Positions 30,781-40,735 of a DNA stretch of 62,504 bases are shown piece by piece (position 1 is the first letter of the stretch; each line of letters opens with the position of its first letter). This DNA is from a virus (lineage: Duplodnaviria > Caudoviricetes). Below the pieces are notes generated by a model, which saw only the letters and a list, made by a program, of their open reading frames with translations, had not been told where the DNA came from and searched no databases. The position numbers and the translations under genes were made by a program. The DNA is taken from positions 1-62,504 of the IMG/VR virus record IMGVR_UViG_3300032320_000789. The stretch is one strand, 5' to 3'.

Positions 30781-31278
30781 ATGAGTCAAGCCAACGTCAC
30801 AGCAGGAGCATTTAGTAATACTACTTGGTACACGGATAAAGCAGAAATTGTAACAGGAACTAATTCGATTACATATAATGTCTACGCAGTAGCATTACCT
30901 CCATTGAGTTTTACTACTACAGTAACAACAGCCAATGCTAGCAATATTGTTACAACAGAGGGCACTATTAATGTTCCTATTGGTGCTGGCATTACTGGTA
31001 CCGGTATTCCTGGTGGCACAACTGTAACAGCATACAGTCCTGGAGTAAGTATTACTTTAAGTGCTAATGCTACAGCTAATGGCACAGTAACAGCAACTAT
31101 CACTCCAGCTGCGGTAGGTAACTTATATTCAGCTAATCCACAAATTCCTGCCAACAGTCGCGAACAGATTTATGTTGGCGCCGGTAATAAACTTACTATT
31201 ATTGGTGGGAATTCAACAGCGCAAGAAATTGGCACAGCAAGTTCAGCACTGGCGGGTGTTAACGCACTGAATGCCTAA
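30781..31278 (+). CDS. Thr/Ala-rich beta-strand virion protein
   Basis: AAGGA RBS; GTGIPGGTTVTA...ITLSANATA motif. Confidence 0.6.
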   Translation: MSQANVTAGAFSNTTWYTDKAEIVTGTNSITYNVYAVALPPLSFTTTVTTANASNIVTTEGTINVPIGAGITGTGIPGGTTVTAYSPGVSITLSANATANGTVTATITPAAVGNLYSANPQIPANSREQIYVGAGNKLTIIGGNSTAQEIGTASSALAGVNALNA

Positions 31279-31280
31279 TC

Positions 31281-31646
31281 ATGCGAGCTAAAGAGTTTGT
31301 TGTTGAAACTCATTCAACATTTCCCGAAGAACATTCTGGTCCTATGACTGGAATGAAGCGGTATGATAAATTAGATAATTCTAATCCTTATCAAATGTGG
31401 CGTTTTATGGTAGCGGCCGCCGGGCAACCGTTAGACAAAGACGGCCATGTGATGAGCAAGGCAAGTCCAACAGGTCAAAAAATGACATCATTAGCGTATA
31501 CACAAGCTGACGCAGATATACTTGACGCTACAGCACGTGCTATGGGTGAAGTTGGAACAGGAATTAGCGACCAAAAATCATCTGAACCTTCATTTGTAAA
31601 TAAAAATAGTCCTGTAGCAGGATTCAAAGGTTATAAAAGAAAATGA
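31281..31646 (+). CDS. Hypothetical head protein (paralog A)
   Basis: MRAKEFVVE leader; similar to the next ORF. Confidence 0.65.
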   Translation: MRAKEFVVETHSTFPEEHSGPMTGMKRYDKLDNSNPYQMWRFMVAAAGQPLDKDGHVMSKASPTGQKMTSLAYTQADADILDATARAMGEVGTGISDQKSSEPSFVNKNSPVAGFKGYKRK

Positions 31647-32020
31647 GAGCTAACGAATTTATATCCGAAAGCAGTTCTGGAAAAGTTAATACTGAACTAT
31701 CAGACACCTTACCAGCATCATTCAAATTACCAGGATTTCCAAATCAGGATGCTTACATGCAATATCGGTTTGGTGTAAGCATGGCCGCAGCAAAACATAA
31801 CAAGGCATCAGTCGGTCCTAACGAATTTGATCCTGAATCAGCATTTGGGAGAGACTTGACAGTAGTTTGTTACACAACGGCAGACGAAGAAGCTCTTGAC
31901 GCTGGGCTTGCTTTGATGCATCGTGGCGGCAAAGTAGCAATTAGTACACCAAAAAGCGAAGAACCAAAAAATATTGGAAAACATAGTCCAGTAAAAGCAT
32001 TTAAAGGCTACGCTAAATGA
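31643..32020 (+). CDS. Hypothetical head protein (paralog B)
   Basis: MRANEFISE leader; shares Y..RF.V..A.A, YT.AD, S.EP, SPV..FKGY with paralog A. Confidence 0.65.
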   Translation: MRANEFISESSSGKVNTELSDTLPASFKLPGFPNQDAYMQYRFGVSMAAAKHNKASVGPNEFDPESAFGRDLTVVCYTTADEEALDAGLALMHRGGKVAISTPKSEEPKNIGKHSPVKAFKGYAK

Positions 32021-32718
32021 AAAAATTACTTGTAATATTATTCTTTGTTCCACTGTCTGTTTTAGCACAGATTGCCAAGGAGTGTCCGCAGTTTACAGCA
32101 AATGGCACTCCGCTATATCCGGCTAAGTTAGGCGATCAGGAAATATGTCATTTGAATTATGCCCTTATACACAAGTGTGATGTTAAGGGTCCTATTGCTG
32201 TATTCGAACACCTAACAAAAGACAAAATTGTTGGTGGGTTCAAACGAAAAGATGATTTTAGGCCCGATCCTAAAGTATTTCCGCAATGCCAAGCACAACT
32301 TAAAGATTATGCTGGTCAACCTTATGATCGAGGCCACATGAGCCCTGCTGGTAATAACACGCAGTCGGCTGAGATTATGTCAGAATCATTCTTCTTATCT
32401 AATATGTTGCCGCAAGTACCTAACAATAACCGTGGTATTTGGAAACAATTAGAAACTTGGGTACGAGACTGGGTTCTGGCCGGAGGTGATTTTTATATTA
32501 TTTCTGGCCCTGTGTTTATGCCCGCTCACAAAGTCATTGGTAACGGCGTAGGTGTTCCTGATGGGTTGTATAAGATTATTATTGAGCGAACATCAGGTAA
32601 GGTTATGGCATACATGATGCCTAATGCGCCACTTCCTGTGTCCGATTTACCAAAATACCAAACAACTATAACAGCCATTGAGCAAGCAACTGGCATACAG
32701 TTTAATCTAGGCCAATAA
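32017..32718 (+). CDS. DNA/RNA non-specific endonuclease (NucA/EndoG family) with signal peptide
   Basis: MKKLLVILFFVPLSVLA signal; DRGH, SFFLSNMLPQ, NRGIWKQLE. Confidence 0.9.
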   Translation: MKKLLVILFFVPLSVLAQIAKECPQFTANGTPLYPAKLGDQEICHLNYALIHKCDVKGPIAVFEHLTKDKIVGGFKRKDDFRPDPKVFPQCQAQLKDYAGQPYDRGHMSPAGNNTQSAEIMSESFFLSNMLPQVPNNNRGIWKQLETWVRDWVLAGGDFYIISGPVFMPAHKVIGNGVGVPDGLYKIIIERTSGKVMAYMMPNAPLPVSDLPKYQTTITAIEQATGIQFNLGQ

Positions 32719-32755
32719 AAGTAGCCCAGCATGGGCTATCCAATTAAATACAATT

Positions 32756-34318
32756 ATGGCCTTTGATCAAAGCTCGCTAGCTAAAACTCCCTATAAAAAA
32801 CAAGTTTGGACTAAACAACAGCTCGAAGAATTCGCTTTGTGCGCTGATCCGATAACTGGTCCTTCATATTTTATGAATAACTTTTTCTTTATTCAGCATC
32901 CAGTTAGAGGAAAAATGCAGTACCATCCATATGAGTATCAGACACGTTTAATAACAACATACCATAATTATCGATTTAATATTTCGATGATGCCACGACA
33001 AACAGGTAAGTCAACTAGTGCGGCAGGATATTTGTTATGGTATGCGATGTTTGTGCCAGATTCTACAGTTTTAATTGCCGCTCACAAGTATGACGGGTCA
33101 CAAGAGATTATGACTCGTGTTCGCTATGCTTACGAAATGTGTCCCGATCATATTCGCGCCGGAGCAACAAATTACAACAAAGGTTCGATAGAATTTGAAA
33201 ACGGTTCCCGTATTATGTCGGCTACAACAACAGAAAACACAGGTCGTGGTATGTCTATATCACTATTATATTGTGATGAGTTTGCGTTTGTTCGACCCTC
33301 TGTAGCTCAAGAATTCTGGACTTCTATCTCGCCAACATTGGCAACTGGTGGTAAATGTATTATTACCTCCACTCCTAACTCGGACGAAGATCAATTTGCG
33401 TTATTGTGGAAAGGCGCAAATAAAATGGAAGATTCACATGGTAATCCGCAAGAAGTAGGTATAAACGGTTTCCGTGCTTTCCGTTCTTTTTGGCGTGAAC
33501 ATCCTGATCGAGATGACGCATGGGCCGCTGCGCAACGAGCACAATTAGGCGAAGATCGTTTTCGTCGTGAAATGGATTGCGAATTTATTATTAACGATGA
33601 GACGCTGATCGCGCCGGCTAAACTCATAGACTTAGAGGGCATCGAGCCAGTATATAGAACTGCTCAAGTACGCTGGTATAAACAGCCTGAACCAGGCAAG
33701 ATGTATTGTGTTGGCTTAGATCCTAGTTTAGGAACAGGCGGTGACCCGGCCGCTATACAAATTTTTGAAGCTAATACTACTGAACAAATAGGTGAGTGGA
33801 AGCACAATCGTACCCCTATTCCTGAGCAAATTCGCATACTAGCTGACATTGTAAAATACATTTACAGTTTTGTAAAAGACGAGCAATCAATTTACTTTTC
33901 TGTCGAAAATAACACCATTGGGGAAGCTGCTCTTATCTCAATAGAGCAGTTTGGTGAAGAGAATATCAAGGGGTATTTCTTGTCGGACCCTACTCGAGGA
34001 GCCGGCCGGTATCGGAAAGGTTTCAATACTAGCCCTAAAAATAAGCTAACTGCTTGTGCTAAAATGAAAACCCTTATCGAATCAGGTAAAATGAAATTGC
34101 GTAGTCGGCCACTAATTTCTGAATTAAAAACTTTTGTAGCTAACGGGGTAAGTTATGCGGCAAAACCAGGTAGTACAGATGACTTAGTTATGGCGGCTTT
34201 GTTAGTTACTCGTATGATGATACTATTGCAAACATACCACCCAGAAATGGACACACAAATGCGGGACTTTGGGGAAAGTATTACCCCGCCATTGCCCTTT
34301 ATTTCGACAATGTATTAA
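32756..34318 (+). CDS. terL: Terminase large subunit (T4 gp17-like)
   Basis: PRQTGKS Walker A, YCDEFAF Walker B, STPN, GLDPSLG, DDLVMA. Confidence 0.95.
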   Translation: MAFDQSSLAKTPYKKQVWTKQQLEEFALCADPITGPSYFMNNFFFIQHPVRGKMQYHPYEYQTRLITTYHNYRFNISMMPRQTGKSTSAAGYLLWYAMFVPDSTVLIAAHKYDGSQEIMTRVRYAYEMCPDHIRAGATNYNKGSIEFENGSRIMSATTTENTGRGMSISLLYCDEFAFVRPSVAQEFWTSISPTLATGGKCIITSTPNSDEDQFALLWKGANKMEDSHGNPQEVGINGFRAFRSFWREHPDRDDAWAAAQRAQLGEDRFRREMDCEFIINDETLIAPAKLIDLEGIEPVYRTAQVRWYKQPEPGKMYCVGLDPSLGTGGDPAAIQIFEANTTEQIGEWKHNRTPIPEQIRILADIVKYIYSFVKDEQSIYFSVENNTIGEAALISIEQFGEENIKGYFLSDPTRGAGRYRKGFNTSPKNKLTACAKMKTLIESGKMKLRSRPLISELKTFVANGVSYAAKPGSTDDLVMAALLVTRMMILLQTYHPEMDTQMRDFGESITPPLPFISTMY

Positions 34319-34343
34319 ATTAAAAATAGCTAAATAATATACT

Positions 34344-36713
34344 ATGGCACAAAACAACGCTAATCAGAAGTTGAATGACTTGCTTATCAGCAAGAATTTC
34401 GACCCACAATCATTAAACAATCATGGCAAACCAGCTGAATCACCCGAAGAAGCAGATTTATTTTCTTTTAATTATAAAGGTGAATCAGGACAAGATTACG
34501 GCACAGTCGTTATTATGCTCAATGATGAAAATGACTTAAATGTTTATTTTGGCGATAATATTGGCAAAAGCATGGAAGGCGACGATAAAAAAGGTTGGTT
34601 TAATTTCTTATATCAACTCCGGATGTTTGCCAAGCGGAATTTATTCAGTTTTACATTACAAAATTTAAACAAATTAAAATATAGTATGCAAGGTCAAGCC
34701 GCTATTAACGAAGGACTATTTGAATCTTGGCAAGGTAAAAAAGATGTATCTTGGAATGCCGATACTACCCAAGCTCGTTTGATGATTAAACATAAACGCA
34801 ACATAGGAGAAGGTGAAGCTCGCTTTCGCAATATACAATCGTTGTTTATTGAAACTGCAGACGGTGAAAGATTCAAACTTCCATTTACAAAATTATCTGC
34901 TGGTCGCGCTATGTTAGAACATGTACGACAGGGTGGAAAACCTTATGATGCTCGGGGCAATCATATTGTTACTATTGTCGAGGAAATGAATTTATTAAGT
35001 CGTTTCCGCCGTGCTAATCAAGGCAAAATTTTTGAAGGCGAAACACAACAGTTAGTAGAACAAGCTACACATTATTACGAAACACTTCAAAGTAATTTGA
35101 AAAGTTTAAGTACAAAAATTGGATATACAAAATATTTTGAATCGTGGAATCCAGCAGCGTTAACAGACGAAGATGTGATTATAGAAGATTTGCGTCATAT
35201 GTTTATAGAACAAAATATTGACTCGCGAATTGAACAAGCATTACCGTTATTAGCAAAATTACAACAGGAACATAACATGAAAGAAGCTAACATATTTGAA
35301 AATTGGACCAACCTTATTCTTGAAGGTACTTGGGCAATTCCCGATACTAAAGAAAAACAAACTGCTTTAGTAACATTGCTTAGTCAAGAATTACCAGTCG
35401 GAGCTGATGCTACTAATGCTACAGAATTATTATATGATTTACTTGGTGATGATGAATTGTTTGACCGTTTACAAGAATTGGCAGATCAAGATGCTAATGC
35501 TGATGCTCGCGAAATTATTCTTACTCGTTTAGAAGAATTAAAAAATAATCCAGATATTGCTCAAGTTATTGGGCAATTAAAAACTCCAGAGCCTGACCAA
35601 AAAGAATTAGATGAATACAGTGGCGCCGGTGCTCAACGAGAATTTAAAAATGGTCAATGGGTGCCTGTTACAAAACAAGCATCGCCCCCAGTAAAAGAAA
35701 CTTTCGATACAGATGACGCAAGTCCAGTAGAGTCTGCTATTATTAATCGTATTATGATGGCTCATCCAGATTTATTAGCTAAGTTTGGTCCAGAAGCTGT
35801 TATGAATGCTGCTCGTGACCAAGCTGAGTGGATAGGTGATGTAGATGAAATTGGTAGTAGTGATGTAAGCGGTTGGATTAAAAATGTTGTTAGTGATTTG
35901 GAAAGTGCTGGCCATGGTACAGAAACATTAGATGAATTAAGTCCAGACACATTAAAAAATTATGTTAAAAAAGCAAGTAATGATGTTCATTATTCAGGAA
36001 TGAAACGCGGCATGGATGCAATTACAGGTATAGACAAAACTGAAAAAGATAAGGATCAAAAGAAATTTATAAAACGTAATCTAGGTATTGATCGCGCTGT
36101 TGATCGTTTAGAAGAATCTGCTATGAGTGAAGTTGATATGTTATTACAAGATATTGCTCGAGACAGCGTTGACATTTATGATGTGTATGCTAATCCAAAA
36201 TCTAATATTGAAAAATTTGTTTCACAACAGATACACGACAAAATCGAGGAAATTACATTCGAAACAGGACTACATCCTAAAGATGATATCGAAAAAATTC
36301 TACAAATGATCTATGATGATTTACAAAAAGATTATGGAGTTTCTGAAACAGTCGGTGGGGGGAATTGGTTGGAAGAAAATGGCAGTATCGTTGACCAAAT
36401 GACTAAAATACAAGATGAAATTGAAAAAATTGTTCGTTCAGGTGGCCGCGTGGCATTAAATGATCCATTAAGTAGAAAGTTAAAAATGCTCAAAAATAAA
36501 TTACATAAATCTAAAGGAGTTAACGAAAATACAGCGTTAACAGGCCCATATGGACATTCCGGTAAATTAGAACCAGTGGAAGGTACTGACGAAGATATGA
36601 TGGCTAGAATTAAATTCTTGGCTGGTATTAGAGAAAACGATACCCCTACAAATGGACAAGAAGATTCAAATTTAACCGCTATGAAATCTGTTAGTTCTAT
36701 CTTCCTTAGATAA
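34344..36713 (+). CDS. Large putative head protein with modular acidic C-terminal half
   Basis: CTAAATA at 34330; xxE-delimited modules such as LDELSPDTLKNYVKKA. Confidence 0.65.
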   Translation: MAQNNANQKLNDLLISKNFDPQSLNNHGKPAESPEEADLFSFNYKGESGQDYGTVVIMLNDENDLNVYFGDNIGKSMEGDDKKGWFNFLYQLRMFAKRNLFSFTLQNLNKLKYSMQGQAAINEGLFESWQGKKDVSWNADTTQARLMIKHKRNIGEGEARFRNIQSLFIETADGERFKLPFTKLSAGRAMLEHVRQGGKPYDARGNHIVTIVEEMNLLSRFRRANQGKIFEGETQQLVEQATHYYETLQSNLKSLSTKIGYTKYFESWNPAALTDEDVIIEDLRHMFIEQNIDSRIEQALPLLAKLQQEHNMKEANIFENWTNLILEGTWAIPDTKEKQTALVTLLSQELPVGADATNATELLYDLLGDDELFDRLQELADQDANADAREIILTRLEELKNNPDIAQVIGQLKTPEPDQKELDEYSGAGAQREFKNGQWVPVTKQASPPVKETFDTDDASPVESAIINRIMMAHPDLLAKFGPEAVMNAARDQAEWIGDVDEIGSSDVSGWIKNVVSDLESAGHGTETLDELSPDTLKNYVKKASNDVHYSGMKRGMDAITGIDKTEKDKDQKKFIKRNLGIDRAVDRLEESAMSEVDMLLQDIARDSVDIYDVYANPKSNIEKFVSQQIHDKIEEITFETGLHPKDDIEKILQMIYDDLQKDYGVSETVGGGNWLEENGSIVDQMTKIQDEIEKIVRSGGRVALNDPLSRKLKMLKNKLHKSKGVNENTALTGPYGHSGKLEPVEGTDEDMMARIKFLAGIRENDTPTNGQEDSNLTAMKSVSSIFLR

Positions 36714-36736
36714 ATAAGTGTTAGAAAGCAATAATC

Positions 36737-36870
36737 GGCAACATTAGTAAGGCAACTTAACCAGTTTAGTAGTAAACACAGACAGTCCTGTGTATAATAA
36801 GACTGTAGGCAACTTTAATCTAGTAACATAGATAGGCATCACATTTTATAAACTTGAAAGGCAACTTAAA
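36737..36870 (+). promoter_or_regulatory. Structured gp32 leader: H-type pseudoknot plus GGCAAC repeats (putative translational operator)
   Basis: ACACAG(36776-81)/CTGTGT(36788-93) and ACAGTC(36782-87)/GACTGT(36801-06); GGCAAC at 36737, 36751, 36808, 36860 and GGCATC at 36835. Confidence 0.6.
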
Positions 36871-37860
36871 ATGGCATCATTAGCAGAAATCAGAGCCCGC
36901 TTACAAGCGGCAGAAGGTAACAAACAAGGCGGTCAATCACAAGGCGACTCGGCGATTTATCCACATTGGTCAATCGAAGAAGGTCAAAACGCCACACTCC
37001 GTTTCCTCCCAGACGGTAATACAAAAAACACATTCTTTTGGCAAGAACGAGCAATGATTCGTTTACCATTTAATGGTGTTAAAGGGGAACTAGAATCTAA
37101 ACAAGTACAAGTCCGTGTTCCATGCGTGGAAATGTGGGGCGAAACTTGTCCAATCTTGTCAGAAGTGCGTACATGGTTTAAAGATCCGGCATTAGAAGAT
37201 ATGGGCCGTAAGTATTGGAAAAAACGCGATTATATATTCCAAGGTTTTGTTCGCGAAAACCCATTAACTGATGACAAGACTCCAGAAAATCCAATTCGTC
37301 GTTTTATTATTGGTCCACAAATCTTCACACTAATCAAAGGTGCGTTAATGGATCCAGAATTGGAAGAGCTTCCAACAGACTATCTCAAAGGTTTAGACTT
37401 CCGTATTAGTAAAGGCTCCAAAGGTGGCTTTGCTGATTATAGCGGTTCTAAATGGTCTCGAAAAGAATCAGCTCTTACTGAAGCCGAGCAAGCGGCTGTT
37501 GAACAGTATGGTTTATTTGATTTATCAACATTCTTGCCAAAGAAACCAGGCGATGTTGAACTCAAAGTTATCAAAGAAATGTTCGAAGCATCGGTTGATG
37601 GTCAGAGTTATGACACAGAGCGTTGGGGACAATATTTCCGTCCAGCGGGTGTTAACGCACCGGCAGGATCCGGTGCTCCAGCAACTCAAGTAGAAGATGC
37701 GCCTGCTCCAGTAGCCAAAGCAGTACCGGCACCTGTAGCAAGTAATTTTGATGACGAAGATGATGTTCCTTCAGCAAGTGCTCCTGTAGCTACTCCTGCG
37801 GCAACGTCAGATAAGGCACAAGACATTCTTGCGATGATTCGTGCTCGTCAAAAAGCCTAA
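36871..37860 (+). CDS. Single-stranded DNA-binding protein (T4 gp32-like)
   Basis: LRFLPDG, CVEMWGETCPI, DFRISK, YSGSKW; Ala/Pro/Asp-rich tail. Confidence 0.85.
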   Translation: MASLAEIRARLQAAEGNKQGGQSQGDSAIYPHWSIEEGQNATLRFLPDGNTKNTFFWQERAMIRLPFNGVKGELESKQVQVRVPCVEMWGETCPILSEVRTWFKDPALEDMGRKYWKKRDYIFQGFVRENPLTDDKTPENPIRRFIIGPQIFTLIKGALMDPELEELPTDYLKGLDFRISKGSKGGFADYSGSKWSRKESALTEAEQAAVEQYGLFDLSTFLPKKPGDVELKVIKEMFEASVDGQSYDTERWGQYFRPAGVNAPAGSGAPATQVEDAPAPVAKAVPAPVASNFDDEDDVPSASAPVATPAATSDKAQDILAMIRARQKA

Positions 37861-37873
37861 GCATTAAGCCAAA

Positions 37874-37907
37874 ATAATAGCATAAGAGGCAACTCTTATG
37901 CTATTAT
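37874..37907 (+). terminator. Perfect 15-bp hairpin with GCAA tetraloop after the ssb gene
   Basis: ATAATAGCATAAGAG-GCAA-CTCTTATGCTATTAT. Confidence 0.6.
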
Positions 37908-37933
37908 ATCTACTATAACTCAAAGGAATAATA

Positions 37934-38992
37934 ATGGCCAAGCCATACGACTTCAGTAAGTTCAGAAAGGACATTACTAAATCAATTGACGGAATGTCAA
38001 TTGGATTTAATGATCCCACAGATTGGATTAGCACAGGCAACTTTGCTTTAAACTATTTGATCTCGGGAGATTTTAATAAAGGTATTCCGCTAGGCAAAGT
38101 AACTGTATTTGCTGGCGAATCCGGCGCAGGAAAGTCTTATATCTGTTCTGGAAATATTGTAAAAAACGCACAAGATCAAGGTATTTTTGTTGTATTAATT
38201 GATACAGAAAATGCGCTCGATGAACTATGGCTACACAATCTTGGTGTTGACACAAGCGAAAGTAAATTGCTTAAACTCAATATGGCTATGATTGATGATG
38301 TAGCAAAAACCATTTCAACATTTATGCAAGATTACAAATCTTTACCCGACGGCGAGCGTCCAAAGGTATTGTTTGTAGTTGATTCGCTGGGTATGTTATT
38401 AACACCAACAGACATGAACCAGTTCGAAGCAGGTGATTTAAAAGGCGACATGGGTCGTAAACCTAAAGCACTTACAGCATTAGTAAGAAATTGTGTAAAC
38501 TTTTTCGGTAGTTATAATGTTGGAATGGTTTGTACTAATCATACATATGCTTCGCAAGACATGTTTGATCCAGATGACAAGATCTCGGGTGGCCAAGGCT
38601 TTATATATGCGTCAAGTATTGTTGTTGCCATGAAGAAAATGAAGTTAAAAGAAGATGAAGATGGCAACAAGATTAGCGATGTTATGGGTATTCGAGCTGG
38701 TTGTAAAGTTATGAAAACTCGTTATGCTAAACCGTTTGAAGGAATGCAAATTAAGATCCCTTATGAAACAGGTATGAACCCATATAGCGGTATGGTGGAT
38801 TTGGCTGAAAAGCGTGGCTTGCTTAAAAAAGAAGGTAATAGTTTAGTATTTGTAAGCAGTGATGGCGAAATAATCAAACAGTTCCGTAAAAAATGGGAAG
38901 CTAACGAAGAAGGCTGTCTTGATAAAATCATGTTAGACTTCGGAAAACAGCCAGAAACAGTAAGTACTGATGACACACCAACGGAGGATTAA
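37934..38992 (+). CDS. uvsX: RecA-like recombinase UvsX
   Basis: AGESGAGKS, IDTENA, VVDSLG, TNHTY, SGGQG. Confidence 0.92.
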   Translation: MAKPYDFSKFRKDITKSIDGMSIGFNDPTDWISTGNFALNYLISGDFNKGIPLGKVTVFAGESGAGKSYICSGNIVKNAQDQGIFVVLIDTENALDELWLHNLGVDTSESKLLKLNMAMIDDVAKTISTFMQDYKSLPDGERPKVLFVVDSLGMLLTPTDMNQFEAGDLKGDMGRKPKALTALVRNCVNFFGSYNVGMVCTNHTYASQDMFDPDDKISGGQGFIYASSIVVAMKKMKLKEDEDGNKISDVMGIRAGCKVMKTRYAKPFEGMQIKIPYETGMNPYSGMVDLAEKRGLLKKEGNSLVFVSSDGEIIKQFRKKWEANEEGCLDKIMLDFGKQPETVSTDDTPTED

Positions 38993-38994
38993 GA

Positions 38995-39255
38995 ATGTCA
39001 GTAGATTTAGCAAGAGAACTTTATAACGAACTAAAGCGTTTTATCAATACAGTAGATAAGGACGAAGCTGCCGAAACACTGGTATCAGTTTTAATCGACA
39101 ATGATATTGATGCAGATGATATTAAAAATATTTTTAAATCAGAATCAGAAGTTAAACGAGCACTTACAAGTTATCTTAAGGATCACGAAGATGCAGATGC
39201 TGACGAAGATGAAGAATATGAAGACCAAGATGATTACGAGGACGACGACTATTAA
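38995..39255 (+). CDS. Small acidic hypothetical protein
   Basis: GGAGG RBS; D/E-rich C-terminus. Confidence 0.7.
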   Translation: MSVDLARELYNELKRFINTVDKDEAAETLVSVLIDNDIDADDIKNIFKSESEVKRALTSYLKDHEDADADEDEEYEDQDDYEDDDY

Positions 39256-39707
39256 TGTGGTATAGCCGTGTAACAGCCGATTTGAGTGCGATACCAGATT
39301 TTATCGCACACTATGAAACTGAACTCGAAAATGCTAAATTGGAATGCCGGGTAGGTGGCATGGTTGAAAAAAATATTACCAAACTGCCTGGCATTACCGA
39401 ACACAGATTTAATCAACTACAAGAAATTGAAGCTGTCCTAAATTATCTTAATATTCAATTACGAAAAATTCGCCGTAAACACTTCCAAAAATATCTCGAA
39501 GGTTACGCTCGTGCTTTAACTAGCCGCGATGCAGAAAAATATGTCGACGGCGAAGATGAAGTTATTGACTTCGAAACACTTATTAATGAAGTAGCATTGT
39601 TACGCAATCGTTACTTAGGTATTATGAAAGCAATGGAATCTAAAAATTTTATGCTAGGACATATAGTTAGACTTAGAGCCGCCGGAATGGAAGATATACA
39701 GGTATAA
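39255..39707 (+). CDS. uvsY: Recombination mediator UvsY-like
   Basis: YLEGYARALTSRDAEKYVDGE, LRAAGMED; near uvsX. Confidence 0.75.
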   Translation: MWYSRVTADLSAIPDFIAHYETELENAKLECRVGGMVEKNITKLPGITEHRFNQLQEIEAVLNYLNIQLRKIRRKHFQKYLEGYARALTSRDAEKYVDGEDEVIDFETLINEVALLRNRYLGIMKAMESKNFMLGHIVRLRAAGMEDIQV

Positions 39708-39708
39708 T

Positions 39709-40461
39709 ATGTTTAAAAATCATGACGAATCACACCAACACAGTTTAGAAGTATTAAATGCTCTAGGTCAATACGAAGATTTTATGTTGTCTATTAAAAC
39801 TTTAGCCGACATTGGATGCGGAGCAGGAAAAGATTTAGTATGGTGGGCTACTCGCACCACAAACGATGAATATGCAACTCCACTTAATATACAATGTCAA
39901 GGTATAGATATCTTAGATAATCTTGCAATCGCTAAAGATTATCAAAATATCACTTATCAAAAAGTAGATTTTGAATCAAATATCTATCCACCGCACGATA
40001 AATTTGATGTATTGTGGTGCCACAATTCTTTCCAATATGCAGTAGATCCAATTAAAACATTATCAAATTGGAGAAATATTACCAGCGATGGTGCTATGCT
40101 GGCTATAATGATCCAACAAACTACTAATATGCATCATAAAGATCTAGATTTTAGTCAGCAGGACGGTTGCTATTATCACCATACCATAGTAAGTCTTATC
40201 CATATGCTAGCTGTGACCGGGTGGGACTGTAAATCTGGATTTTTTAAAATAGATCCAGTGAACAATTGGATCTATGCTATAGTATATAAAAGCAATCAAG
40301 AACCTAAAGACCTAAAAACTGTTCGTTGGTATGATTTAGTTGAGGCTAAACTACTCCCTGACTCGGCTGACAAATCAGTGCTAGCTAGAGGATTTTTACA
40401 TCAGCGAGATCTAGTATTACCCTGGTTGGATAAGAGCCTACAGTGGCTTGGTGCCCAATAA
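39709..40461 (+). CDS. Class I SAM-dependent methyltransferase
   Basis: ADIGCGAG, FDVLWCHNSFQY. Confidence 0.75.
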   Translation: MFKNHDESHQHSLEVLNALGQYEDFMLSIKTLADIGCGAGKDLVWWATRTTNDEYATPLNIQCQGIDILDNLAIAKDYQNITYQKVDFESNIYPPHDKFDVLWCHNSFQYAVDPIKTLSNWRNITSDGAMLAIMIQQTTNMHHKDLDFSQQDGCYYHHTIVSLIHMLAVTGWDCKSGFFKIDPVNNWIYAIVYKSNQEPKDLKTVRWYDLVEAKLLPDSADKSVLARGFLHQRDLVLPWLDKSLQWLGAQ

Positions 40462-40477
40462 GTTAGTGCCCACTTAC

Positions 40478-40505
40478 AAACCCCTATTTTTAGGGGTTTT
40501 ATTTT
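40478..40505 (+). terminator. Rho-independent terminator
   Basis: AAACCCCTA-TTTT-TAGGGGTTT followed by T-rich tail. Confidence 0.7.
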
Positions 40506-40507
40506 GG

Positions 40508-40536
40508 TTGACAATTAATTCCCATTTTGCTATACT
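40508..40536 (+). promoter_or_regulatory. sigma70-like early promoter
   Basis: TTGACA-17-TATACT with TG extension. Confidence 0.75.
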
Positions 40537-40564
40537 ATTATTATAGTAACAAAACGGAGTTGAA

Positions 40565-40735
40565 ATGAACGAAACTTATAACGTAACTTATTCAGCATAT
40601 CACCCAGGTAGTACCGAAGTAATTAGCGAAGGTACTATGCCAATTCATACTACTTCGTTTTATCTAGCTGAAGAAACAGTTAAGGCTATGTTTTCAGGCG
40701 CAGAAGTTATTATTCGTTATACAAACAAAGCCTAG
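40565..40735 (+). CDS. 56-aa hypothetical early protein (missing from the ORF track)
   Basis: GGAG RBS; MNETYNVTYSAYHPGSTEVISEGTMPIHTTSFYLAEETVKAMFSGAEVIIRYTNKA; own promoter. Confidence 0.7.
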   Translation: MNETYNVTYSAYHPGSTEVISEGTMPIHTTSFYLAEETVKAMFSGAEVIIRYTNKA

